DNA from: Candidatus Falkowbacteria bacterium
Lineage (GTDB): Bacteria; Patescibacteriota; Patescibacteriia; UBA11705; JABHMO01
Reading direction: 5' to 3'
Length of the DNA: 64,000 nt
Assembly: GCA_018674305.1 (NCBI GenBank)
Contig: JABHAL010000010.1
Coordinates: 25,708-89,707, forward strand
Position numbers and translations under genes: made by a program. Under the pieces are notes generated by a model. The model made no database searches and was not told where the DNA came from. It saw only the letters and a list, made by a program, of their open reading frames with translations. Positions 36,161 through 46,332 of this stretch are shown piece after piece; position 1 is the stretch's first letter; every line of letters starts with the position of its first letter.

Positions 36161-37345
36161 TTATTCCCTCCTTAACTTCTTAGGTTTTTTTGGTTCACGT
36201 TTTAATTTTCCATTTTTTTTATCGCTTTTTTTCGGTGCATTGTGTCTGAACTCATAAGAATACAGAAAGATTAAAGCAATGAACACTAAAACAATTAACC
36301 ATAACCAATAATTATATACGGACCAAAAAGCTACTACCACAGTAACGTTATCATAAATATAATTTTCAAACGGCCCCTTGACTTTCAAGGTTACAAAATA
36401 ATCACCCGTTCCACGAAATCTGTGATCATCATTAACATTAGCATCACTACCATCACCGTAAAGCCAATGATATTCCAAATTATCAGTACTTAGATCTTGG
36501 ATATTTGTCGAAAAATCAAACTTAAACGTGTTCCAATTTATCTGCTGAACATTAATTTTCACTTCTTGTAACAATTCCACAACTGGAGAATTATAAAATT
36601 CTTCAACTAATTCTGCCTTTTCTGGCTCCGGATCCTTGGGGGTAAAAATTTGGCTAATCAGACTTGGCTTCTTGGGTTCAGGTTCTGGAGCTGGAGCAGG
36701 TACTGGAGTAACTTCAACTACAGGCTCTGGCTCGGGCTCTGGTATCACCGGCTCAGGTTCATCTTTGTATTTATTAGGATCCAGCGGATAAAGATCATCT
36801 GCATCAAGCACACCATCACCGTCAGTATCTCTATTGTCCTTGTCAGTTCCAAGTTGCTCTTCCTGACCATCAAGCAAAGAATCATTATCATCATCAGTAT
36901 CTAAATCGTCCCCAATTCCATCCTGATCATTATCACCTTGAACTATGAACTTTTGAGTAATTATTGAATTGTTAGTTAAATTGTCATCATTAGGAATTAT
37001 CGACAACAAGGTTACCATTACACGAAAATCATTTTTAGGAACAGTAAAATCAACATACACCTCATCATAATATCCATCAGCCAAAACTGAAACTTCTGCG
37101 CTACCAATCATTTGTGATTCATTATTGATATAAAAAGCAATATACCCCAAAGCATCTTGATTACCATTATTATAAACAGAGGCATATACCCTAAGATCTT
37201 CACCAACTAAAAGATTATTGGTGTTTTTAGAAAACCTAATCTCATTGGCATTAAGACCTAAATCAACATCATGATCAGCGGCATGTATCCCAAACAAAGG
37301 ACAAGTCAAAAAAACAATTGTAAAGAAAATGAATAATTTTCGCAT
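36161..37345 (-). CDS. Surface protein with CARDB-like domain, Asp-rich (thrombospondin-3-like) calcium-binding repeats, a PEPEP linker, a PKD domain, a C-terminal transmembrane anchor and a basic tail
   Basis: Start preferred at MRKLFIFF (37345), 1 nt after the upstream stop. Contains DNDQDGIGDDLDTDDDNDSLLDGQ...DTDGDGVLDADD and EPEPVIPEPEPEPVVEVTPVPAPAPEPEP. YHWLYGDGSDAN...GDYFVTLKV is a PKD signature. Confidence 0.7.
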   Translation of the reverse strand: MRKLFIFFTIVFLTCPLFGIHAADHDVDLGLNANEIRFSKNTNNLLVGEDLRVYASVYNNGNQDALGYIAFYINNESQMIGSAEVSVLADGYYDEVYVDFTVPKNDFRVMVTLLSIIPNDDNLTNNSIITQKFIVQGDNDQDGIGDDLDTDDDNDSLLDGQEEQLGTDKDNRDTDGDGVLDADDLYPLDPNKYKDEPEPVIPEPEPEPVVEVTPVPAPAPEPEPKKPSLISQIFTPKDPEPEKAELVEEFYNSPVVELLQEVKINVQQINWNTFKFDFSTNIQDLSTDNLEYHWLYGDGSDANVNDDHRFRGTGDYFVTLKVKGPFENYIYDNVTVVVAFWSVYNYWLWLIVLVFIALIFLYSYEFRHNAPKKSDKKNGKLKREPKKPKKLRRE

Positions 37346-37346
37346 A

Positions 37347-37790
37347 CTAAATAACTTTAAGCTCACTTAGAGCATCTTTGAATAATTTTAAAACCTTACG
37401 TGCCTCTCCATGCTTCAAGTCGTAGCGGACATTATGCACAATCTGATTTCGGACTTTGTGTGCCCACCATACTTTTTTTAATCTTGGAAATTTATAGGAA
37501 GCTAATTTTAATCTTTCTGCCATGGTAGCTCCAGTAAAAAACATTACTTTTAACGCCTCGTCCAACAATTTATCAGCTTCAATTACTGCCAGTTTATAAT
37601 TCATCTCTTTGCCATAACCCATCAATTCTTGTATCTTTCTCCAACGCTCTCGGAAAAACTTACGATCTATTTCACTTGGTAACCTATTCTTTCGAGCAAA
37701 CATTCCGACTACCAAAGCTAACACTAAAATTATCACAATTCCGACAAGAACAGTATAATCAATCACTGTGAATTCCCAAGCAATACTCAT
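37347..37790 (-). CDS. Hypothetical membrane-anchored protein with a C-terminal R-x4-H motif
   Basis: 147 aa with N-terminal transmembrane segment VLVGIVIILVLALVVGMF and C-terminal WWAHKVRNQIVHNVRYD. Confidence 0.5.
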   Translation of the reverse strand: MSIAWEFTVIDYTVLVGIVIILVLALVVGMFARKNRLPSEIDRKFFRERWRKIQELMGYGKEMNYKLAVIEADKLLDEALKVMFFTGATMAERLKLASYKFPRLKKVWWAHKVRNQIVHNVRYDLKHGEARKVLKLFKDALSELKVI

Positions 37791-37841
37791 ATAGCATGTA
37801 GTCTGTAGTATCTTCTGTGACTGTTTAATGATTATAGTTTA

Positions 37842-39266
37842 TTAAATAATTTGCTCAACTTGGTGCGCAACATTTAATAAGGTTTGCTCATCAAAATGCT
37901 TGCCCAAAAACTGTAAGCCAACCGGCAACTTTTTTACTTGGCCACAAGGAATTGAAATTCCAGGCAACCCAGCAACATTAGCAGAAACCGTAAAAACATC
38001 GGACAAATACATAGTCAGCGGATCGTCAAATTTTTCACCAATATTAAAAGCTACTGTCGGTGAAGTTGGAGTAACAATACAATCAACCATTTCAAAAGCT
38101 TGATCAAAATCTTCTTTTATTAAACGTCGAACCTGCTGAGCTTTTTTATAATAAGCATCATAATAACCCGAAGACAAAACATAAGTTCCTAACATAATCC
38201 GTCGACGCGCTTCTTCTCCAAAACCCTTTCGTCGACTTTCCAAATACATTTCTAATAAATTCCCTGCCTCAGCTCGATAACCATAACGCACTCCGTCATA
38301 ACGAGCTAAATTAGAAGATACTTCCGCTGGCATTAAAACATAATATGTAGCTAAGGCGTACTTGGTTCTTGGTAAACTGATGTCAACCAACTCAGCGCCA
38401 AGCTTAGACAATTTACTAATAGCCTTTTTAACAACTTTTTCTACTTCAGGATCCATACCCTTGATAAAATATTCACTTGGGATACCAATTTTTAAACCTT
38501 TGATATCTTTTTCTAAATTGTTAATCACCAGAGGTTGTTTATCCACAGTTGTTGAATCAAACTTATCTAAACCAGCAATTTTTTCGTATACATAAGCAGC
38601 GTCTTTGACCGTCTTCGTCAAAGTTCCAATCTGATCAAAACTAGAAGCCATCGCCATGAGACCATAACGAGAAGTACGTCCATAAGTAGGTTTAAATCCA
38701 ACAACTCCGCACAATGATCCTGGCTGTCGAACAGATCCACCCGTATCCGAACCCAAAGCATAGATTGCCTCATTGGCTGCCACAGCAGCTGCACTACCAC
38801 TAGACGATCCACCGGGAACCTTTTCTAAATTATGTGGGTTTTTGGTTGGCCCGAAATGTGAAGTTTCTCCGGAACCGCCCATTGCAAACTCATCACAATT
38901 AGTTTTTCCTATAATAACCGCGCCTTGATCTTTTAGCTTTCTAATTGCGGTCGCATCATATGTTGCAATGTATGTCGATAAAATTTTCGAACCTGCAGTT
39001 GCTTTTACTCCATCAACCATAATATTATCTTTGATCGCGACTGGAACACCTTCTAGAACATTAAGCTTGCCGTCTTTTTTGAATTTTTTATCAACTTTCT
39101 CAGCCTGTGTATACGCTTGATCTTCTGTTATGGTAATGAACGCATTCAAATCATTATCTTGCTCTCGAATAGAATCAAAACAGGATTTAGCCAATTCCAC
39201 AGCGGAAAACTGTTTTTTGCTAAGTCCTTCGTGAGCATCTGCAATTGTAAGAGTATTGAGTTTCAT
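37842..39266 (-). CDS. gatA: Glutamyl/aspartyl-tRNA amidotransferase subunit A
   Basis: 474 aa with amidase signature GGSSSGSAAAVAA and GSDTGGSVRQP. Confidence 0.92.
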   Translation of the reverse strand: MKLNTLTIADAHEGLSKKQFSAVELAKSCFDSIREQDNDLNAFITITEDQAYTQAEKVDKKFKKDGKLNVLEGVPVAIKDNIMVDGVKATAGSKILSTYIATYDATAIRKLKDQGAVIIGKTNCDEFAMGGSGETSHFGPTKNPHNLEKVPGGSSSGSAAAVAANEAIYALGSDTGGSVRQPGSLCGVVGFKPTYGRTSRYGLMAMASSFDQIGTLTKTVKDAAYVYEKIAGLDKFDSTTVDKQPLVINNLEKDIKGLKIGIPSEYFIKGMDPEVEKVVKKAISKLSKLGAELVDISLPRTKYALATYYVLMPAEVSSNLARYDGVRYGYRAEAGNLLEMYLESRRKGFGEEARRRIMLGTYVLSSGYYDAYYKKAQQVRRLIKEDFDQAFEMVDCIVTPTSPTVAFNIGEKFDDPLTMYLSDVFTVSANVAGLPGISIPCGQVKKLPVGLQFLGKHFDEQTLLNVAHQVEQII

Positions 39267-39286
39267 TATAATAAGTCTAATAATTT

Positions 39287-39580
39287 TTAATCCTTCTCAA
39301 CAAAGACTGCTTTCACCTTGACCTGTTTTTTGCTTAGCTCCGGAGCCTCAGCCAAAACTTTTTCCGGATCACAAATCTGAACAACTTTATCTTCGCGAGT
39401 TATATTATTCAAATCAAAAACGTGGGTAAGTGGTTCCACGTTATCTGTGTTTAATTCCTTGAGTTGTCCAAAATAATCTAAAATAGTAGAAATCTGCTCA
39501 GCATATTTCTCTTTTTCTTCTTCAGTAATACCTAACCGAGCCAAATTGGCTAGGTGCTCAATATGTTCTTTATCTATAGA
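39287..39580 (-). CDS. gatC: Glutamyl/aspartyl-tRNA amidotransferase subunit C
   Basis: GatC-like MSIDKEHIEHLANLARLGITEEEKEKYAEQISTILDYF. The internal ATG is preferred over the track start at 39628. Confidence 0.8.
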   Translation of the reverse strand, partial: SIDKEHIEHLANLARLGITEEEKEKYAEQISTILDYFGQLKELNTDNVEPLTHVFDLNNITREDKVVQICDPEKVLAEAPELSKKQVKVKAVFVEKD

Positions 39581-39661
39581 CATAAATTCACTTAAAATTA
39601 TACCAAGATTATACTCAAAATGCAACAAAAAAATCCTTACTTTTGAAGTAAAGATTTATTA

Positions 39662-39826
39662 TTAATAAAACCCATAATACTTTTTAGCAATCCACAAAAG
39701 GCCTTTAAAAATCCAGACTGAGAAAACAGCACCAAAAAAACCAGCAACTACCATAAGTACAAATTCTTGCCAGTTTTGAATCAAAGCTTCATCAATACAA
39801 CTTTTGAGCTTTTTCCCAATATTCAT
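39662..39826 (-). CDS. Possible 54-aa single-transmembrane peptide, overlapping ATGA with the upstream ORF
   Basis: MNIGKKLKSCIDEALIQNWQEFVLMVVAGFFGAVFSVWIFKGLLWIAKKYYGFY, with AGGAG about 10 nt upstream. Not in the track because it is under 60 aa. Confidence 0.3.
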   Translation of the reverse strand: MNIGKKLKSCIDEALIQNWQEFVLMVVAGFFGAVFSVWIFKGLLWIAKKYYGFY

Positions 39827-40062
39827 GCCTCCTGACTCCTAAAGAACATGCTTATTTGCAACATAACTAAGTTATTTTCAGGCTCTAACAGCAAAGTTCC
39901 AAGAGTAAGACCTGTGCAATCTAGAACAACATTCAACTGCTCAGAGCTTTCTATTAACTGACAACTCTCCCAACGACTTGCCCAACCTCGAGGTGCCCGA
40001 TGCCAAAGTTCAATTCCTTGATCAAGAAACTTCACTGCCCAACGATAGTCCAAAAAGAACAT
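39823..40062 (-). CDS. Hypothetical small protein
   Basis: 79 aa with AAAGGAGG upstream. No family recognised. Confidence 0.4.
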   Translation of the reverse strand: MFFLDYRWAVKFLDQGIELWHRAPRGWASRWESCQLIESSEQLNVVLDCTGLTLGTLLLEPENNLVMLQISMFFRSQEA

Positions 40063-40189
40063 ATTTTCCTCCTTTAGAATAACCGTATTATAGTGATTTA
40101 ATAAGAAATGTCAAATGCTCATACCTTGACAAACTCATAAATTTAGATATAATGTAATGTTCATTAACATTCAACCTATGAGGTGAGAA

Positions 40190-40678
40190 ATGAATTATAA
40201 CAAGAAGAAAGATGAAAATACTAGGTATAACATTGTTAACTTTCTAGACAACTGCTTTTGGCTGAGTTCTTTAGCCTGGGGATTGCTTACAATTTTGTGC
40301 TTTGTCCAGGTTTACTTTTTTGAACTTGATGAAAAATTCTTTGATCACTGGTGCTATGCCTACTATATCTTTGTGGTTTCCTATGCGATTAGCCGCAAAG
40401 CCAAGTACACCCTATATCCGACCAAAACGGAAACTCGCTACAGTGAATACATTGTTGTGGGTTGGTTCATTATAACTGTGGTCTTTGGAGCTTTAACACA
40501 GTTCCATTATCACGGTAAACTTGATTTAATGATTGAACTATTTGAAGTAGATGCGGTTATCGCTAGTGTTCTTGGACTTGGCTCAGCCTATAAACGCTGG
40601 ATCATTCCCATGATGAAACTCAAGCAGTTCAAAGAGAGACTGGAAGGTGAGGAACTCACTGAAGATAAGAATGATTAA
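40190..40678 (+). CDS. Hypothetical membrane protein
   Basis: 162 aa with ribosome-binding site GAGGTGAG and multiple hydrophobic helices. Confidence 0.6.
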   Translation: MNYNKKKDENTRYNIVNFLDNCFWLSSLAWGLLTILCFVQVYFFELDEKFFDHWCYAYYIFVVSYAISRKAKYTLYPTKTETRYSEYIVVGWFIITVVFGALTQFHYHGKLDLMIELFEVDAVIASVLGLGSAYKRWIIPMMKLKQFKERLEGEELTEDKND

Positions 40679-40716
40679 ACACGAAAGCTGCCTACGTAAC
40701 GACGTAAGCAGCTTTT

Positions 40717-41376
40717 TTATTGTAAAATATAGAGATTAGTAATTGAAGAGAAAAAAATCGGCTTATTTTCATCCTCAATTTCTAAATATTCTCGAATACT
40801 AACTACATGGCCTTTAAGAACATGATAGCCATCAGCCATGAAAAACTCTCGACACAAATCATCAAAATCAACAAACGAATAATCAACTACCACTCTTTGA
40901 TGTCTGACGATTTCTAAATCAGATCGATGCATTGCACTAAAAGCTTGAATAATACCTTGCCTTTCTGAAATAAATAACTCAGCAAGCTGACACAAAACAT
41001 TATCCATGGCTGGTTCAATCACTAAGATTTTCCCCTCATCAGTCAACATTCTTCTTGCTTTGTGTAGTGCCTCTATCTTGCGATCTAATCCACCTTTAAA
41101 GTGATGTAAACAACTAGAAAAAACTACTGCATCAAAACTTTCGACCAATTCAACATCAAAGTAATCAGCTCGGATCATTTCAACTTGAGGAAATCTATCC
41201 TTGATTTCCTGATATCGGCGTTGGCGTAATTCGATGCCTGTTAACTGTGTATTCTCACATAGCAAAGCTTGCATCTCCCGGCCGGACCAACAGCCCACTT
41301 GTAAAATTTTCTTTCCGGCCGGCGAAACTAAACTCTGAATTACCTGAGCTTCCAGACTAGAAGGTGAAATTTTCAT
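40717..41376 (-). CDS. Class I SAM-dependent methyltransferase
   Basis: 219 aa with motif I ILQVGCWSGRE and the VVFSSCLHHF region. Confidence 0.7.
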   Translation of the reverse strand: MKISPSSLEAQVIQSLVSPAGKKILQVGCWSGREMQALLCENTQLTGIELRQRRYQEIKDRFPQVEMIRADYFDVELVESFDAVVFSSCLHHFKGGLDRKIEALHKARRMLTDEGKILVIEPAMDNVLCQLAELFISERQGIIQAFSAMHRSDLEIVRHQRVVVDYSFVDFDDLCREFFMADGYHVLKGHVVSIREYLEIEDENKPIFFSSITNLYILQ

Positions 41377-41456
41377 TAGTTACCTCATTTTTAATGGACA
41401 CTTCATTATAATTGAACTCCCAAAGTTTGTCAATGTAGAGACATTTTCACAATAGT

Positions 41457-41527
41457 CATTCCGGACTTGATCCGGAATCCCAGGTCTCCTTATAAAGATT
41501 TTTAAGACTCCGGATCAAGTCCGGAGT
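41457..41527. repeat. REPIN-like pair of inverted REP hairpins
   Basis: H1 cattccggacttgatccggaatc, and H2 ctccggatcaagtccggag whose core is the reverse complement of H1. The H1 25-mer recurs identically at 59525-59549 inside murI. Confidence 0.7.
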
Positions 41528-41599
41528 GACGCTTTGGGGTATATTAGATAAAACAAACAAAAACACCAACTCGAGTTGGCTTTAAATATGAGGATTCTA

Positions 41600-43642
<2,043 letters not shown>

Positions 43643-43684
43643 TCAATATATTAACTAATTTTACCCAAAAGGTCAAGGAAATAC

Positions 43685-43713
43685 TTGACAAAACGCAAAA
43701 TGTATGCTATAAT
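43685..43713 (+). promoter_or_regulatory. Consensus sigma70 promoter TTGACA-17-TATAAT
   Basis: ttgaca (43685-43690), 17-nt spacer aaacgcaaaatgtatgc, tataat (43708-43713). The -35 context atacttgacaaaa is also found at 59941. Confidence 0.65.
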
Positions 43714-43719
43714 GAAACC

Positions 43720-43951
43720 TGTTCGTTGAAAATTGTTACTATAGTTAAATTAATTATAGTAACAGGAGTGCCCGACAAAAGCCTTAGGGTGTCAGGCCAA
43801 GAATGTTCATTAAAAGACTGAAATTAAAGAAACCCCAACAAATGGAGATCGTCATGACCTGGACTTAAATTCATTTAGCCCCATCGGACCACAGTAGGTT
43901 GTTAATTCTTAGGAATAACAACTGAAGGTCACAGAGATGGGGCCTTTTTTT
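43720..43951 (+). ncRNA. Candidate ~230-nt small RNA
   Basis: It starts about 7 nt after the -10 and ends with an intrinsic terminator: stem gccccatc/gatggggc enclosing gttgtta...taacaac, then a 7-T run. Internal hairpin gttactata...tatagtaac. No ORF. The following gene is on the opposite strand, so a riboswitch is unlikely. Confidence 0.55.
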
Positions 43952-44828
43952 ACAAAATAATAAATATCCCACCCGCCACAATCAGACCAATCGCCATGGT
44001 CTTTTTTAGTAACACTTTTCTACTATGTCTTTCCAAAATAATTTTAGGATAAAAAAAGCTCAGGAAAGTAGCTGCAAAAAACACCAACATTGGTTTAGTC
44101 GCCATTAAAGCTGAAACCAATGAAACCGAACCCAAACTAATGGCTTTGGTGAAAAAGATTAGGGCCAATCCAGATAAAATCGCAACAAAGCACAAATGAA
44201 TAATTCCCACTTTTGCCTTTTCCCGAATATGAGGATGATGGACCACTAACAAAACTAAAGGAACAACTATTCCACCAATTCCAAACCAGAATAACATTGG
44301 CCAAAAATCAATACCTGAACTTACATACTTAATTAAAATATTTCTCAATGCAAAAAACATCATTGCAACAAAAGCAAAAACATAGAATTTAAATAATTTA
44401 CTTTTGGCCTCCGATTTTCGATGAGTGATTAAAACCGCCCCAGTGATTATAAGTAAAATCCCAATATAGTTCATAATACTTAAGCGTTCCTGAAAAACAA
44501 AAAACGCAATAGCCGAAATCAACAACGGTTCAGTCGATAACATCGGGGCCAGTCGAGAAACTTCAACCTTTTTCATGGCCATATAGTAAAAACCCAGGCC
44601 CGTAGAATAAATAATTCCTGCCAACATTGCCATAATTACCATCCAAACCGGAATAATTACGCCACCATTCAGAACTGCTACTAAAATGAACAGTAAATAA
44701 ATTGTAAATCCAAAAACCGTAGTAACTAAAATAGGGTCTCGTAGTTCATGCCCAATTATATATTTATCCATGATGTTCACCACAGTCCATAAGAGCATGG
44801 CAATTAGAGTAAAAATGATCCAAAGCAT
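43950..44828 (-). CDS. EamA/DMT-family transporter
   Basis: 292 aa with about 10 transmembrane helices in two EamA-like halves. Confidence 0.7.
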   Translation of the reverse strand: MLWIIFTLIAMLLWTVVNIMDKYIIGHELRDPILVTTVFGFTIYLLFILVAVLNGGVIIPVWMVIMAMLAGIIYSTGLGFYYMAMKKVEVSRLAPMLSTEPLLISAIAFFVFQERLSIMNYIGILLIITGAVLITHRKSEAKSKLFKFYVFAFVAMMFFALRNILIKYVSSGIDFWPMLFWFGIGGIVVPLVLLVVHHPHIREKAKVGIIHLCFVAILSGLALIFFTKAISLGSVSLVSALMATKPMLVFFAATFLSFFYPKIILERHSRKVLLKKTMAIGLIVAGGIFIIL

Positions 44829-44906
44829 ATTATAATTGATTACTGATATTTACTGATGTACTGATAGGATAGCTCAAATCATCAGTAAATCAGTATTATT
44901 CAGTAC

Positions 44907-45707
44907 TCATTTTTTAATCACACTCTCACTAAACAAAACATAATCAAACAAACCAAGCGTTGGCGAATATCGAGGCATATCAACCATTAATCGATGACTA
45001 GCTTGGCCTTGTTTGCCCAAAGCTTCAATACTTAAAGTATTAGGAAAAGCTTTGGATTGGCCTGATGCATTGTCCAATGAATATAATTTTATCGTTAAAT
45101 TATCAGCGGTACTATAAAGCGCCTTGACTCGCACTCTATAATTACCAGAACTGCTAATATAATTATTCAAAGCTGAATTTGAAGGTTGTCCGCCACTATA
45201 AAGAAATTTTTGAACTGCTAAATCTTCCAACTCCCAATCAAGTGGCAGGACTGGCCATTTAAACACAAAATTATTCGGCCATTTAATTATGGAAACCTCC
45301 AACCAAGTGGTTGATCCTTGCCAATCAAAATAAACCGATTCAATCTGACTGGTCTGAGTATTTTTTTCTGGAGTAAACAGGTCAAACTGCACTGTTTGAT
45401 TAGTTGGTAGATCTAATTTTAATTCTTTAACTGCCTCACTATCAACATCCAAATCACAATCAATATCATCCACGTTACAATCCCCAGCCATTGGTAATCT
45501 ATCCAGTTTTCTAATTGAGTATAGTGCTTTTTCGATTCCACTCTCAGCATTATAAAAAGCTGATTGAGCCGTGGTAATCAAGCCGGTCTGAACAATAGAA
45601 CTACGTACCAGATTGGAAAGCACGATCGTGGAACTTAAAATTGCCGCAATGGTTAAAAGCGAATAGATCAATACATTTCCTTGTTGTGATTTAAATTTTT
45701 TTTCCAT
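44907..45707 (-). CDS. PilX-N-like minor pilin / pseudopilin
   Basis: 266 aa. N-terminal QQGNVLIYSLLTIAAILSSTIVL resembles the PilX N-terminal segment. Confidence 0.5.
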   Translation of the reverse strand: MEKKFKSQQGNVLIYSLLTIAAILSSTIVLSNLVRSSIVQTGLITTAQSAFYNAESGIEKALYSIRKLDRLPMAGDCNVDDIDCDLDVDSEAVKELKLDLPTNQTVQFDLFTPEKNTQTSQIESVYFDWQGSTTWLEVSIIKWPNNFVFKWPVLPLDWELEDLAVQKFLYSGGQPSNSALNNYISSSGNYRVRVKALYSTADNLTIKLYSLDNASGQSKAFPNTLSIEALGKQGQASHRLMVDMPRYSPTLGLFDYVLFSESVIKK

Positions 45708-45763
45708 TTTTAACCTTAATAATTTTTCACTTTATGAACTTTACAAACTTTCAACTTTACAAC

Positions 45764-46330
45764 TTATCTCGCATAATAACGTGAACTAATCGTGGTCTGT
45801 AAAGCTAATGGTTTTTGGTCCTCCTCATGTACCGCAACTGGCAAAGCTTTTAAATAAATTGTTATTTGCGGTTGTTTATCACTTTTGTACTGCTTAGTTA
45901 TATTATCAAACTCAAGCGGGTCTTCATTCGGAGCAATTCTAAAACTTAAACTTTGAATATCAAAATTATCCGCTGAAATTATTGATCTCTGATCATCAAT
46001 TGACTGAATTAAGCAAGTTTCTATTCCTAATGCACAACCAACAGTTTCAGTTCCAAATGCAACTTTTTGGTTTTGTGAATTTATCAAATGGAGTTCATCC
46101 TGCAATTCATTTATAGGCAAGTGATATGCTGAATAGTCAATCTGGCTCAAACGAATCTGCTGAGCAATTTGCTCCATATTGTACTGTAAATCAACCATAG
46201 ATTTTTGCATAACCATACTTTTTCTTTGAGAAATAGTTACTGATAAAAAAATATCACTAACCACAAGCATCATGGTCATAAAAACGGCCATTACCACCAA
46301 CATTTCAATTAAGGAAAAACCTTTTTTCAT
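45764..46330 (-). CDS. Type IV pilin-like protein (prepilin N-terminal cleavage/methylation domain)
   Basis: MKKGFSLIEMLVVMAVFMTMMLVV is a class III signal with Gly-Phe and Glu+5. Confidence 0.75.
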   Translation of the reverse strand: MKKGFSLIEMLVVMAVFMTMMLVVSDIFLSVTISQRKSMVMQKSMVDLQYNMEQIAQQIRLSQIDYSAYHLPINELQDELHLINSQNQKVAFGTETVGCALGIETCLIQSIDDQRSIISADNFDIQSLSFRIAPNEDPLEFDNITKQYKSDKQPQITIYLKALPVAVHEEDQKPLALQTTISSRYYAR

Positions 46331-46332
46331 AA

